Shown piece by piece: positions 49,297 to 58,449 of a stretch of DNA of 64,000 nucleotides. The DNA comes from Gammaproteobacteria bacterium (GTDB taxonomy: Bacteria; Pseudomonadota; Gammaproteobacteria; Eutrophobiales; Eutrophobiaceae). The translations under genes and the position numbers were made by a program. Location of the stretch: NCBI GenBank assembly GCA_003250975.1, contig QKIY01000028.1, positions 195,248 through 259,247 of the forward strand, given 5' to 3'. The notes under the pieces were generated by a model, which worked only from the letters and a program-made list of their open reading frames with translations, made no database searches and was not told where the DNA came from. Within the stretch, counting starts at the first letter, position 1; the number at the start of each line of letters is the position of its first letter.

Positions 49297-50898
49297 ATGA
49301 GCGAAGCAGTCATCCACGAAGAACACCACGATGACCACGACCACAAGCCAACCGGCATCGGCCGCTGGTTGTTCTCAACCAATCATAAAGACATCGGCAC
49401 CATGTACCTCGTGTTCGCACTGGTTATGTTTTTCATCGGCGGTGCCATGGCGTTGGTGATCCGTGCAGAACTTTTTCAGCCTGGTTTACAATACGTAGAT
49501 CCGGTGTTTTTCAACTCAATGACCACTGTGCATGCACTGGTCATGATTTTCGGTGTGGTGATGCCCGCCGGCGTTGGTCTTGCCAACTGGCTGATCCCGA
49601 TGATGATTGGTTCGCCGGACATGGCCCTGCCCCGGCTGAATAACATGAGTTTCTGGATACTGCCGTTTGCATTCGCGTTGTTGCTTTCCACGATGTTTAT
49701 GGAAGGCGGCGCACCGAACGGAGGCTGGACCATGTACCCGCCGCTGACCCTGCAACTTGGCAACGCTTTTCCCTTCCTAATTTTTGCGGTCCACTTTCTG
49801 GGTATTTCATCGATCATGGGCGCAATTAACATTATTGCCACCGTCTTTAATATGCGCGCACCCGGCATGACCTTTATGAGGCTGCCGCTTTTTGTCTGGA
49901 CCTGGATCATCACGGCATTCCTTTTGATCGCCTCATTGCCGGTTCTTGCGGGCGCTGTGACCATGATGCTGACAGACAAGTTTTTTGGTACCAGTTTCTT
50001 CAGTGCGGCCGGTGGTGGTGATCCGGTAATGTTCCAGCATGTTTTCTGGTTTTTTGGACATCCCGAGGTGTATATCCTGATTCTGCCGGCTTTTGGCATC
50101 GTCTCCCAGATTATACCGACCTTTGCCCGTAAGCCGCTGTTCGGTTATGAGTCTATGGTGTATGCCACGGCATCGATCGCCTTCCTGTCATTCTTTGTCT
50201 GGGCGCACCATATGTTTACCGTGGGCATGCCGTTGGCAGGCGAACTGTTTTTCATGTATGCCACCATGTCGATTGCTGTGCCCACCGGGGTAAAGATCTT
50301 CAACTGGGTCGCCACCATGTGGCGAGGCTCCATGACCTTCGAAACCCCGATGCTTTTCTCCCTCGCCTTCGTGATCCTGTTTTCCATTGGCGGTTTCTCG
50401 GGGCTGATGCTTGGCATAACGCCAGCCGACTTCCAGTATCACGATACTTATTTCGTGGTGGCACATTTCCATTATGTGCTGGTTACCGGCGCAGTGTTCG
50501 CATTGTTTGCCGGTACCTATTACTGGCTACCCAAGTGGACGGGGCATATGTATGACGAGACGCTGGGCAAATGGCACTTCTGGCTGTCGACCATATCAGT
50601 CAACGTCCTGTTCTTCCCGCAGCACTTCCTTGGGCTGGCCGGTATGCCGCGCCGTATTCCGGACTACAGTGTACAGTTTGCCGATTTCAATATGATCTCG
50701 AGTATCGGCGGTTTTGCCTTCGGCTTTAGCCAGTTGCTGTTTCTTTATGTTGTCATCAAGTGTGTGAGGGGTGGCTCCAAGGTAAGCGACCAGGTATGGG
50801 AAGGTGCCCATGGCTTGGAATGGACATTGCCATCTCCTCCGCCGTTCCATTCATTTACCACACCGCCTCAGGTGACTGACGCGACGGCGCATTCATAG
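49297..50898 (+). CDS. coxA: cytochrome c oxidase subunit I
   Basis: 12-TM haem-copper oxidase core (WFFGHPEVYILILPAFG, HHMFTVG); 533 aa. Confidence 0.97.
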   Translation: MSEAVIHEEHHDDHDHKPTGIGRWLFSTNHKDIGTMYLVFALVMFFIGGAMALVIRAELFQPGLQYVDPVFFNSMTTVHALVMIFGVVMPAGVGLANWLIPMMIGSPDMALPRLNNMSFWILPFAFALLLSTMFMEGGAPNGGWTMYPPLTLQLGNAFPFLIFAVHFLGISSIMGAINIIATVFNMRAPGMTFMRLPLFVWTWIITAFLLIASLPVLAGAVTMMLTDKFFGTSFFSAAGGGDPVMFQHVFWFFGHPEVYILILPAFGIVSQIIPTFARKPLFGYESMVYATASIAFLSFFVWAHHMFTVGMPLAGELFFMYATMSIAVPTGVKIFNWVATMWRGSMTFETPMLFSLAFVILFSIGGFSGLMLGITPADFQYHDTYFVVAHFHYVLVTGAVFALFAGTYYWLPKWTGHMYDETLGKWHFWLSTISVNVLFFPQHFLGLAGMPRRIPDYSVQFADFNMISSIGGFAFGFSQLLFLYVVIKCVRGGSKVSDQVWEGAHGLEWTLPSPPPFHSFTTPPQVTDATAHS

Positions 50899-50940
50899 GC
50901 GTGAGGTAATATATTGGACCAGCAGCAAAAGGATCCCAGA

Positions 50941-51045
50941 ATGTCATCCGAGATGGCGGCTAAAAACCGGCGCCTGGCGATTATCCTTGCGCTGATCGCG
51001 GTCGGGTTTTATGTGGGTTTTATCTTGATGAATCTGAAGCAATGA
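50941..51045 (+). CDS. unannotated 34-aa single-TM peptide between coxA and cox11 (possible small oxidase subunit/assembly peptide)
   Basis: Manual translation MSSEMAAKNRRLAIILALIAVGFYVGFILMNLKQ. Stop overlaps cox11 ATG in an ATGA coupling. It is below the ORF-track cutoff. Confidence 0.45.
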   Translation: MSSEMAAKNRRLAIILALIAVGFYVGFILMNLKQ

Positions 51046-51617
51046 AGGACCAGGGCATAATCGGAACTACCGGAAAGCTGACTGCACTTGCTTTTTTGAT
51101 GTTCGGCTTCGGTTATCTGCTGGTGCCAATTTACAATGTGTTTTGTGATCTCACCGGGATTAATGGCAAGACCGGGACGATCACACAGGAACAGGCAATC
51201 TCAGCAGGGGTGGATGAACAGCGGCTGGTAACGGTCGAATTCGACACCAATGTTAATGGTGACCTGCCCTGGTATTTCAGGCCGAAGACACACAAGCTTC
51301 AGGTACATCCCGGAGAGGTATCGGATGTGTTATTTGTCGTCGAGAACCAGGCCGGACGTGAGATAGCAGGTCAGGCGATCCCTAGCGTCGCGCCAAGCCA
51401 GGCATCATTGTACTTCAACAAGACCGAGTGTTTCTGCTTTACACAGCAAACACTGGCGCCTCACGAAAGAAAGGAAATGCTGGTCAGGTTTATTGTTGAC
51501 AAGAAGTTGCCTGAAGAGATTTCAACCCTGACTCTGTCGTATACTTTTTTTATGGCACCGGGTGAAAAACAGACAGCGATAGATGACAAAGAAAACAAGT
51601 TACAGCAAGAGATCTAG
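51042..51617 (+). CDS. ctaG: cytochrome c oxidase assembly protein Cox11/CtaG
   Basis: N-terminal TM, CFCF copper-binding motif (KTECFCFTQQT). Confidence 0.9.
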   Translation: MKDQGIIGTTGKLTALAFLMFGFGYLLVPIYNVFCDLTGINGKTGTITQEQAISAGVDEQRLVTVEFDTNVNGDLPWYFRPKTHKLQVHPGEVSDVLFVVENQAGREIAGQAIPSVAPSQASLYFNKTECFCFTQQTLAPHERKEMLVRFIVDKKLPEEISTLTLSYTFFMAPGEKQTAIDDKENKLQQEI

Positions 51618-51652
51618 TTAAATACAAATAATATTGATAACGGGGAGCTATT

Positions 51653-52534
51653 ATGTCGGACGCACATAGCACTTATTTTATTCCTGAGCCAAGTCGCTGG
51701 CCGATCGTTGGCACACTGGCGCTTTTTGTCTCGTTCGTTGGCGGGGCGATAATGCTGAATGGTTCAGGTTTCGGCACTTTTATTCTTGGTCTTGGCGTCG
51801 CCGCGATCATTTATATGTTTTCAGGCTGGTTCGCGGATGTCATAGCAGAAAGCATTGCGGGTAAATATAACCAGCAGGTCGATGTCAGTTTCCGCTGGGG
51901 CATGAGCTGGTTTATCTTTTCCGAGGTGATGTTCTTTGCTGCCTTCTTCGGTGCCCTTTACTATGCAAGGCAGTTTTCAGTACCGTGGCTGGGCGGTGAA
52001 GGTGCCAAGCTGCTTACCCACGAATTGTTGTGGCCGGAGTTCTTTGCGGACTGGCCATTAATGGTAATTCCTGACCTCGAAGCCTTTGCGTCCTCGCTCT
52101 ACCATGAAGTTATCCCGGCATGGGGGATTCCTGCTATCAATACCGCCATACTGCTTTCCAGTGGTCTGACAGTGACCTTTGCGCACTGGTCGCTGAAGAA
52201 GAACAACCGCAAGGGCCTGTGCTGGTGGTTGTTTGCAACGGTTTTACTGGGCTTTATTTTCGTGTTCCTGCAAGCCGGTGAGTATATTCATTCGTATCAC
52301 GAGCTGAACGTGAAATTTGATTCAGGCATCTATGGGTCGACTTTCTTTATATTGACCGGTTTTCACGGTTTTCATGTCACGATGGGTGCCACCATGTTGA
52401 TGGTGATCCTGGCTCGGTCAATAAAAGGGCATTTCAGCGAACATAACCATTTTGCCTTTGAAGGTGTGGCCTGGTACTGGCATTTTGTGGACGTTGTCTG
52501 GCTGGGACTTTTTATATTTGTGTACTGGTTCTAA
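51653..52534 (+). CDS. coxC: cytochrome c oxidase subunit III
   Basis: 7-TM subunit III family; 293 aa. Confidence 0.93.
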   Translation: MSDAHSTYFIPEPSRWPIVGTLALFVSFVGGAIMLNGSGFGTFILGLGVAAIIYMFSGWFADVIAESIAGKYNQQVDVSFRWGMSWFIFSEVMFFAAFFGALYYARQFSVPWLGGEGAKLLTHELLWPEFFADWPLMVIPDLEAFASSLYHEVIPAWGIPAINTAILLSSGLTVTFAHWSLKKNNRKGLCWWLFATVLLGFIFVFLQAGEYIHSYHELNVKFDSGIYGSTFFILTGFHGFHVTMGATMLMVILARSIKGHFSEHNHFAFEGVAWYWHFVDVVWLGLFIFVYWF

Positions 52535-52580
52535 GCCGGGTTTTAACTGCCGGGCCATTGGATGGCGAGGCAATTAACGG

Positions 52581-52612
52581 AAAATGACACCCAAGGTGTC
52601 ATTTTCTTTTTA
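52581..52612. terminator. rho-independent terminator after coxC (11-bp perfect stem, 3-nt loop, T-tract); shared with convergent minus-strand gene end
   Basis: AAAATGACACC-caa-GGTGTCATTTT followed by CTTTTTAT. Confidence 0.7.
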
Positions 52613-52867
52613 TGGCAAGGTCTTTTCTGTTTCAGTCGGCGGTTCTTCTGGCATGATGCCGTGAGGCTTGATCATACCGGTAACCAGCCCGACGAAGAGC
52701 AATACGAAAAGCAGGATGGAGAGCGTGATTCTGACGGTAAGTGATTTAACAGTATTATTCGACTGGCCCTTGTCGCGCACGAGAAAAAACATTCCCGAGG
52801 CCAGCGAGAAGATAATCACCACCAGCAAGGCAAATACAACTATCTTGAACAGGATGGGTAACGTCAT
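52610..52867 (-). CDS. twin-TM small protein (DUF2909-like) of cox clusters
   Basis: 85 aa from Met MTLPILFKIVVF..., with two hydrophobic helices. The ORF-track ORF 52610..53167 extends upstream with non-protein-like sequence, so I trimmed it. Confidence 0.55.
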   Translation of the reverse strand: MTLPILFKIVVFALLVVIIFSLASGMFFLVRDKGQSNNTVKSLTVRITLSILLFVLLFVGLVTGMIKPHGIMPEEPPTETEKTLP

Positions 52868-52945
52868 TTTTAAATCGTCTTGAAGGGAACGGTCTAAGAG
52901 TATACGCCCGATACCGCTATATGGCAGCAGGTAATAAAGACCGAG

Positions 52946-53680
52946 ATGATTACGCACGCTAAATACAGCTTCAAACCGGGACTCTGGCCATCGCTTGTGA
53001 CACTGCTGGTATTTCCCTGCCTGCTGGCGCTGGGTTTCTGGCAATTGGACCGGGCCGGCCAAAAGCGGGATATGTACCAGGCTTTTCTTGATAACCAGGC
53101 AGCTGAACCTCTGGACATCAGCTGGCTTGAGGCAAGGGATGACGGTACACCGTACTTTTGGCGCCACACGGTGGTTTCAGGGGCCTTTGATCCTGGCGTC
53201 CTCGTGTTCCTGGATAACCAGGTGCTGAACGGAACGACCGGGTATTTTGTTTACGCGTTGTTCAAACCTGAAAGCATGCGCGAAAGTATCCTGATCAACT
53301 TTGGCTGGATCGCCGCCGGCAATGATCGGCAATCACTGCCTGCGGTGCAGCTCCCCGTAGGCAAGGTATCGATCACGGGCGTTATCAAAGGTGTTCCACC
53401 GACCGGCATAGTGCTCGGAGAGGCCGTGCCGGAAAAGATACAAGAGAATTACAGGGTGCAGGCGATTGATATTGATCAGTTATCAAGTCTGCTGAATAGC
53501 GAGATGATGCCGTTTATCGTGCGGCTCGGGGCTGATTCGGCATACGGTCTGACACGCCAATGGAGCCTGCCCGGCTCGGGCGAGGCTAAACACTTGGGCT
53601 ACGCGTTCCAGTGGTTCGCACTGGCCGCGACGCTGATCATCATTTACCTGGTGGTTAATCTGCGTAAAGAGAAAGAATAG
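52946..53680 (+). CDS. SURF1 cytochrome oxidase assembly protein
   Basis: N- and C-terminal TM helices flanking a periplasmic domain; 244 aa; canonical position between coxC and ctaA. Confidence 0.8.
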   Translation: MITHAKYSFKPGLWPSLVTLLVFPCLLALGFWQLDRAGQKRDMYQAFLDNQAAEPLDISWLEARDDGTPYFWRHTVVSGAFDPGVLVFLDNQVLNGTTGYFVYALFKPESMRESILINFGWIAAGNDRQSLPAVQLPVGKVSITGVIKGVPPTGIVLGEAVPEKIQENYRVQAIDIDQLSSLLNSEMMPFIVRLGADSAYGLTRQWSLPGSGEAKHLGYAFQWFALAATLIIIYLVVNLRKEKE

Positions 53681-54286
53681 TTGATGTCTGAACAGCACAA
53701 GAATACATGGCGGTCCCGTCTGACGATCATCGTGATCGTTGCGTTTTTTGTATTGCCGATCCTTGTCTCCTGGTTCCTGGTTTTCTTCACAGATTACGGA
53801 CGCGATAGCGTAGGCACACAACACGGTGTTTTGATTAATCCGCCGCGGCAATTGCAGGACGTGCAATTGACCGATCCCCTCACGGGGGAGAAAACCGCGC
53901 TTTATGAGAAGTGGACGCTGTTCCTGCCGGTAAGCGGTGACTGTGATCAAACCTGCCGGGATAATCTTTATGCCGTCAGGCAGATCCGGCTGGCCATGGG
54001 CAAGGAGATGCAACGTATGCAGCGGGCAAGTTATTTTCAGGGCAGGGATCAAATTGAGAATGTAGATACGCTATTTGCGGATTATGCCGGGCACCTGGTG
54101 TTATTTGCAAAGGACGTGAATGCAGACTTTGCGGCCAAGTTGCGGATCGAAAGCCTGGACACCACAAATGCCATGTATCTGATCGACCCCGCCGGATTTG
54201 TTGTGATCTGTTACCCAGAGGGCTCAAACCCTTCCGGGATCATCAAGGACCTGAAACGCCTGTTAAGGATTTCAAAACTGGATTGA
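53681..54286 (+). CDS. membrane-anchored cox-cluster protein with CxxxC motif (SCO1/SenC-like?)
   Basis: N-terminal TM; CDQTC (CxxxC) and a YLIDPAGFVV stretch reminiscent of SCO-family copper chaperones. The assignment is tentative. Confidence 0.4.
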   Translation: MMSEQHKNTWRSRLTIIVIVAFFVLPILVSWFLVFFTDYGRDSVGTQHGVLINPPRQLQDVQLTDPLTGEKTALYEKWTLFLPVSGDCDQTCRDNLYAVRQIRLAMGKEMQRMQRASYFQGRDQIENVDTLFADYAGHLVLFAKDVNADFAAKLRIESLDTTNAMYLIDPAGFVVICYPEGSNPSGIIKDLKRLLRISKLD

Positions 54287-54290
54287 GAAG

Positions 54291-55298
54291 GTGATAAGCA
54301 AAACACTTTTTACGGGGATGGCCAGGCTGACGTTACTGCTCGGGTTTGTGGTTGTCGTGCTGGGCGCCTATGTGCGCCTTTCAGACGCGGGCCTGGGTTG
54401 CCCGGACTGGCCGGGCTGTTACGGCGAGATGGTTGTGACCGACAGGATATCGGAGAACGGGCACCTGTACCCGGAGCGTCCCTTCGAAAGCCACAAGGCC
54501 TGGAAGGAGATGGTCCACCGCTATGCCGCTGGTAGCCTGGGGCTACTTATCTTTGCTATGGCATTTTTCTCGTGGCGTAAACGGGACGAGTTCAGGGTTC
54601 GGCCGGCCATACCGATCGTGCTTGCTGTCCTTGTGATCTTCCAGGCCTTGCTGGGCATGTGGACCGTCACCCTGTTGCTGAAGCCGGTAGTCGTCATGGC
54701 GCACTTGCTGGGCGGGCTGACTATCCTCTCCCTGCTGTTCTGGTTCAATCTGCGCCTGATAAGCACCGACAGGCCTGCGGATACGGCGCAATCCACACTG
54801 CTTTCCTGGGCCATCGCCGGCCTCGTTATCGTAATCCTGCAGATTTCCCTCGGCGGCTGGACCAGTGCCAACTACGCGGCCCTGATCTGTCCCGATTTCC
54901 CGGTCTGCCAGGGCAGCTGGTGGCCACCCATGGATTTCAGCGAGGGTTTTATCCTGTGGCGCGGGCTCGGCATCGATTATGAGGGTGGCGTTCTGCCGGC
55001 CGATGCCCGCACCGCCATACACATGAGTCACCGTATCGGTGCGCTGGTAACGGTCCTGGTGATCGGGACGACCGCGATACGCCTCATGCGTGGTACCGAC
55101 GGGTCCTTGCGCCTGACCGGCGTCGTGATGCTGTTTGTCCTGCTTCTGCAAGTGCTTTTGGGGGTCTCGAATGTCCTGCTACGCTTGCCATTGCCCATCG
55201 CGGTAGCACATAACGGGGTTGCCGCGTTATTATTACTGACCCTGGTGGCGTTCCTGTACCAGGCAGTCGTCCCGAATTCATCTAGGAGAACATTGTGA
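54291..55298 (+). CDS. ctaA: haem A synthase (COX15/CtaA)
   Basis: 8-TM protein with conserved His pairs; 335 aa. Confidence 0.88.
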   Translation: MISKTLFTGMARLTLLLGFVVVVLGAYVRLSDAGLGCPDWPGCYGEMVVTDRISENGHLYPERPFESHKAWKEMVHRYAAGSLGLLIFAMAFFSWRKRDEFRVRPAIPIVLAVLVIFQALLGMWTVTLLLKPVVVMAHLLGGLTILSLLFWFNLRLISTDRPADTAQSTLLSWAIAGLVIVILQISLGGWTSANYAALICPDFPVCQGSWWPPMDFSEGFILWRGLGIDYEGGVLPADARTAIHMSHRIGALVTVLVIGTTAIRLMRGTDGSLRLTGVVMLFVLLLQVLLGVSNVLLRLPLPIAVAHNGVAALLLLTLVAFLYQAVVPNSSRRTL

Positions 55299-56209
55299 GT
55301 AACCAGTCCGACATTGCCGTGCAGATTTCAAGCTGGCGTGACTATCTGGCCCTGTGTAAGCCCAAGATAGTTTCGCTGATCGTGTTCACGGCGGTCGTGG
55401 GGATGTTCATGGCGACACCCGGCATGGTGCCATTGAATGCCCTGGTCTTCGGGACTCTGGGTATTGCGCTCGCCGCCGCCTCAGCCGCGGCGATTAACCA
55501 TGTGGTGGATCATCGAATTGATTCCATCATGGCGCGCACCATGCGCAGGCCGCTGCCCAGGGGGAATGTCAGCCTGCAAAATGCAGTTATCTTCGCCTTC
55601 TTTCTCTGCGCCCTGTCGATGATCATCCTGACCTGGTTCGTCAACCTGCTGACAGCGGTGCTGACGGTGTTTTCTCTTATCGGTTACGGTTTTATCTACT
55701 CCATGTTTCTCAAGCGTGCCACGCCGCAGAACATCGTGATCGGCGGAGCGGCCGGTGCTGCGCCTCCGGTGCTGGGCTGGACGGCGGTCACCGGCACGCT
55801 GGACCCGTATTCACTGCTGTTGTTCCTGATTATCTTTGCCTGGACGCCCCCGCATTTCTGGGCCCTGGCCATTTACCGCTGGAAGGATTACCAGAGCGTC
55901 AATATACCCATGCTGCCGGTTACGCATGGCACTGATTTTACCCGTCTGCATATCCTGCTCTATACCATTGTGCTGTTTATCATCACGCTGTTTCCTTACC
56001 TCACGGTCATGAGCGGCCTGGTGTATCTGGTCGGCGCGATATTACTGGGCGGCGGGTTTTTGTATTACGCGATCAGGATGCAGTTTGACAAGAGCGACCG
56101 GCTGGCGATGAAAACCTTTTCCTATTCCATTGTTTACTTGATGGCGTTGTTTGCCTTGCTGTTGATTGATCATTACGTGCCGTTGATAGTTTCCATTATT
56201 TCCGGGTAA
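55295..56209 (+). CDS. ctaB: protohaem IX farnesyltransferase (haem O synthase)
   Basis: UbiA-family prenyltransferase motifs; overlaps ctaA stop. Confidence 0.92.
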   Translation: MSNQSDIAVQISSWRDYLALCKPKIVSLIVFTAVVGMFMATPGMVPLNALVFGTLGIALAAASAAAINHVVDHRIDSIMARTMRRPLPRGNVSLQNAVIFAFFLCALSMIILTWFVNLLTAVLTVFSLIGYGFIYSMFLKRATPQNIVIGGAAGAAPPVLGWTAVTGTLDPYSLLLFLIIFAWTPPHFWALAIYRWKDYQSVNIPMLPVTHGTDFTRLHILLYTIVLFIITLFPYLTVMSGLVYLVGAILLGGGFLYYAIRMQFDKSDRLAMKTFSYSIVYLMALFALLLIDHYVPLIVSIISG

Positions 56210-56277
56210 TTTATGCCCCTGGATCATCCGGGTTAACATAACCTGATTTCGAAGCGCACAATAAAAAGAGGAAAACA

Positions 56278-56664
56278 ATGTCTCTTATGATTCCTATGTC
56301 GTGTGGAGAACTGCTCGATAAGCTGACGATACTCTCTATAAAGAAGGAGAGGATAAACGACAAGGACAAACTCAAGAATATCAATAAAGAGTTTGATCAG
56401 CTTACGCAGATCTACGAAGAACAGGTTGATAAGAGCGTCGAGCTGGACGGGCTGGTTGCAGATCTGCGTGAAGTCAATGAAAGACTCTGGGATATTGAAG
56501 ATGAGATCAGGGCATGTGAGAAGCAAAAGGACTTTGGGGAACGGTTTATTGAACTGGCTCGCTCTGTTTATATTAGTAATGACAGGCGTGCAAAACTGAA
56601 ATACCAGATAAATTCCCTCTCAGGATCTGAACTGGTCGAAGAGAAGTCGTACGAAGATTATTAG
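56278..56664 (+). CDS. hypothetical 128-aa charged coiled-coil-like protein, translationally coupled to heptosyltransferase
   Basis: Lower GC than surroundings; TAG stop overlaps the GTG start of the next gene (taGTG). Confidence 0.4.
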   Translation: MSLMIPMSCGELLDKLTILSIKKERINDKDKLKNINKEFDQLTQIYEEQVDKSVELDGLVADLREVNERLWDIEDEIRACEKQKDFGERFIELARSVYISNDRRAKLKYQINSLSGSELVEEKSYEDY

Positions 56665-57584
56665 TGAGGTCGATACTTGTCATCAAGTTGAGTGCACTGG
56701 GTGATGTGGTACAGACCAGTGGTGCCATTCGTGATATCCGGGAACACCATCCCCATGATCGTATTACTGTATTGACGACTCCCCCATACCGGCGTTTTAT
56801 GGAAAAGTGCCCCTGGGTAGATGATGTTTTGATTGATCGCCGCCCGTCCCTGCTCAATCTTCCTGGCATACTGAAATTACGAAAGGACCTGCGCGCAGGC
56901 CTTTTCGATCGTGTGTATGATTTGCAGCAAAGACGCAGGACGCGGCTTTATCGCCGGTGGTTTCTGCCTGCTGTTGAGTGGTGTGGTGATGTAAAAGGCG
57001 GCATGGTCTACCTGAAGCAGGATGAAGTAAAAACCTTTGCCCAGGATCGACTGGCGCGCATGCTGAAGCTCGCCGGTATAGTCCCGCGCCACACTCTGAA
57101 GAACGACGCATCGTGGATGGCTGATCCGGTTGAGGATATTCTTGCCGAGGCTGGATTAAAGGATGCTTTCATCGTCCTTTTTCCCGGCGCATCGGCGGCG
57201 CATCCCGAGAAGCGCTGGCCCTACTTCAAGGAACTTGCTGAGCGATTACAGTCGCATGGCAAGCAGGTTGTTACCATCCCCGGCCCCGACGAGCTGGAAC
57301 TCTGCCGATCGCTCCCGGGTAAGATGCTGGTACCGGAGAATGGCTATTATGATTTTTTCAAGCTAGCCGGGATCGTTAAACACGCGCGCTATATCATTGG
57401 CAACGACACAGGGCCGACACACATTGCAGCGAACGTCGGCTGTCAAGGCCTTGCGTTATATGGAGGGCATGCCAAACCCGAGTGGACGGGGATCCAACTC
57501 ACGGGTTTTTCGTGGTTGCAGGAGGAAAACCTTGCGGACCTGAGTGTCGATACCGTCTGGGAAAAGATATCCGGATTAATATGA
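56664..57584 (+). CDS. ADP-heptose:LPS heptosyltransferase (GT9)
   Basis: ILVIKLSALGDVVQT N-terminal motif; C-terminal GNDTGPTHIAA. Confidence 0.85.
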   Translation: MRSILVIKLSALGDVVQTSGAIRDIREHHPHDRITVLTTPPYRRFMEKCPWVDDVLIDRRPSLLNLPGILKLRKDLRAGLFDRVYDLQQRRRTRLYRRWFLPAVEWCGDVKGGMVYLKQDEVKTFAQDRLARMLKLAGIVPRHTLKNDASWMADPVEDILAEAGLKDAFIVLFPGASAAHPEKRWPYFKELAERLQSHGKQVVTIPGPDELELCRSLPGKMLVPENGYYDFFKLAGIVKHARYIIGNDTGPTHIAANVGCQGLALYGGHAKPEWTGIQLTGFSWLQEENLADLSVDTVWEKISGLI

Positions 57585-57650
57585 TTTTGTGAATTGGAAG
57601 ATAGCAAGAAATATTTTGTTAGTTTGATGTTTTAGTTGGATATAAAAAAT

Positions 57651-58385
57651 TTAATAATCACATTTAAAAAAGTAATCATTTGAACCAGAATATTGTTCAG
57701 CCTTTGACAGATTTCCATCCTTATCCATCAGAAATGAGTGATATCCATATTCACTAAGGAACCGCCAGATATCATCCGGTTTGTAATTCATTCTGGCCGC
57801 CAGGCTTTCGTCAATTTCCAAATATAATATTGGCCTGAATTTTTTTAATACATTTTGTGCGCCACGTAGTACTAGTAATTCACTTCCTTCCACATCGATT
57901 TTAATAAAGTCGATTTTATTGATGGAATTCTTCTCAATATAAGAATCAAGCGTAACGGTTCTTATTTTTTCGGAAATATAATCACGTGAAGCTTCCGCTC
58001 CAAAATGTGAAAGGCCTATTCCGAGCTTTCCACTTTCTTTCACGGGAATAATTATTTCCTGTTCGCCATTAGTCTCTGATAATGCAAGATGCTCAATTTT
58101 CACGTTTGGCAGCTTGCCCACTATTAATTTCAGTATTGAATGGCAATAGTCAACTGGTTCAAAAGCGATTACCAGTACACTGTGGTCATGTATCATGGCA
58201 TATTCTTTGGTTAAATATCCAAAGTGTGCGCCAACTTCAATAACCACGCCGTTTTGCCGAATATGTTTAGACATGGCCATAACACGTGGCCTCTCCTTGT
58301 GTTTGTAGCGAGCCTTCAAATAATGGAGAAGCCAGGCAAATTTTTGCTTCGGATTTTTATAAACTTTTGTTCTATCCAGTTGCAT
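57651..58385 (-). CDS. FkbM-family SAM-dependent methyltransferase
   Basis: VIEVGAHFGYLTKEYA SAM-binding motif, 244 aa; markedly AT-rich coding sequence relative to neighbours. Confidence 0.7.
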   Translation of the reverse strand: MQLDRTKVYKNPKQKFAWLLHYLKARYKHKERPRVMAMSKHIRQNGVVIEVGAHFGYLTKEYAMIHDHSVLVIAFEPVDYCHSILKLIVGKLPNVKIEHLALSETNGEQEIIIPVKESGKLGIGLSHFGAEASRDYISEKIRTVTLDSYIEKNSINKIDFIKIDVEGSELLVLRGAQNVLKKFRPILYLEIDESLAARMNYKPDDIWRFLSEYGYHSFLMDKDGNLSKAEQYSGSNDYFFKCDY

Positions 58386-58449
58386 AATGCATGGCTTGTT
58401 TATTGAATCAACAGCTTTTTAATATCATAAATTATACACTTCTTGTGTA

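Noticed and set aside
49476-50099. 207-aa minus-strand ORF inside coxA
   Set aside because: Antisense to the most conserved gene in the window.
52868-53167. N-terminal 100 residues of ORF 52610..53167 (minus)
   Set aside because: Composition is not protein-like and it would overlap the SURF1 start on the other strand; only the C-terminal 85-aa twin-TM segment from an internal Met is credible.
54543-55151. 202-aa minus-strand ORF inside ctaA
   Set aside because: Antisense; Gln/Asp/His-rich, non-membrane composition opposite an 8-TM gene.
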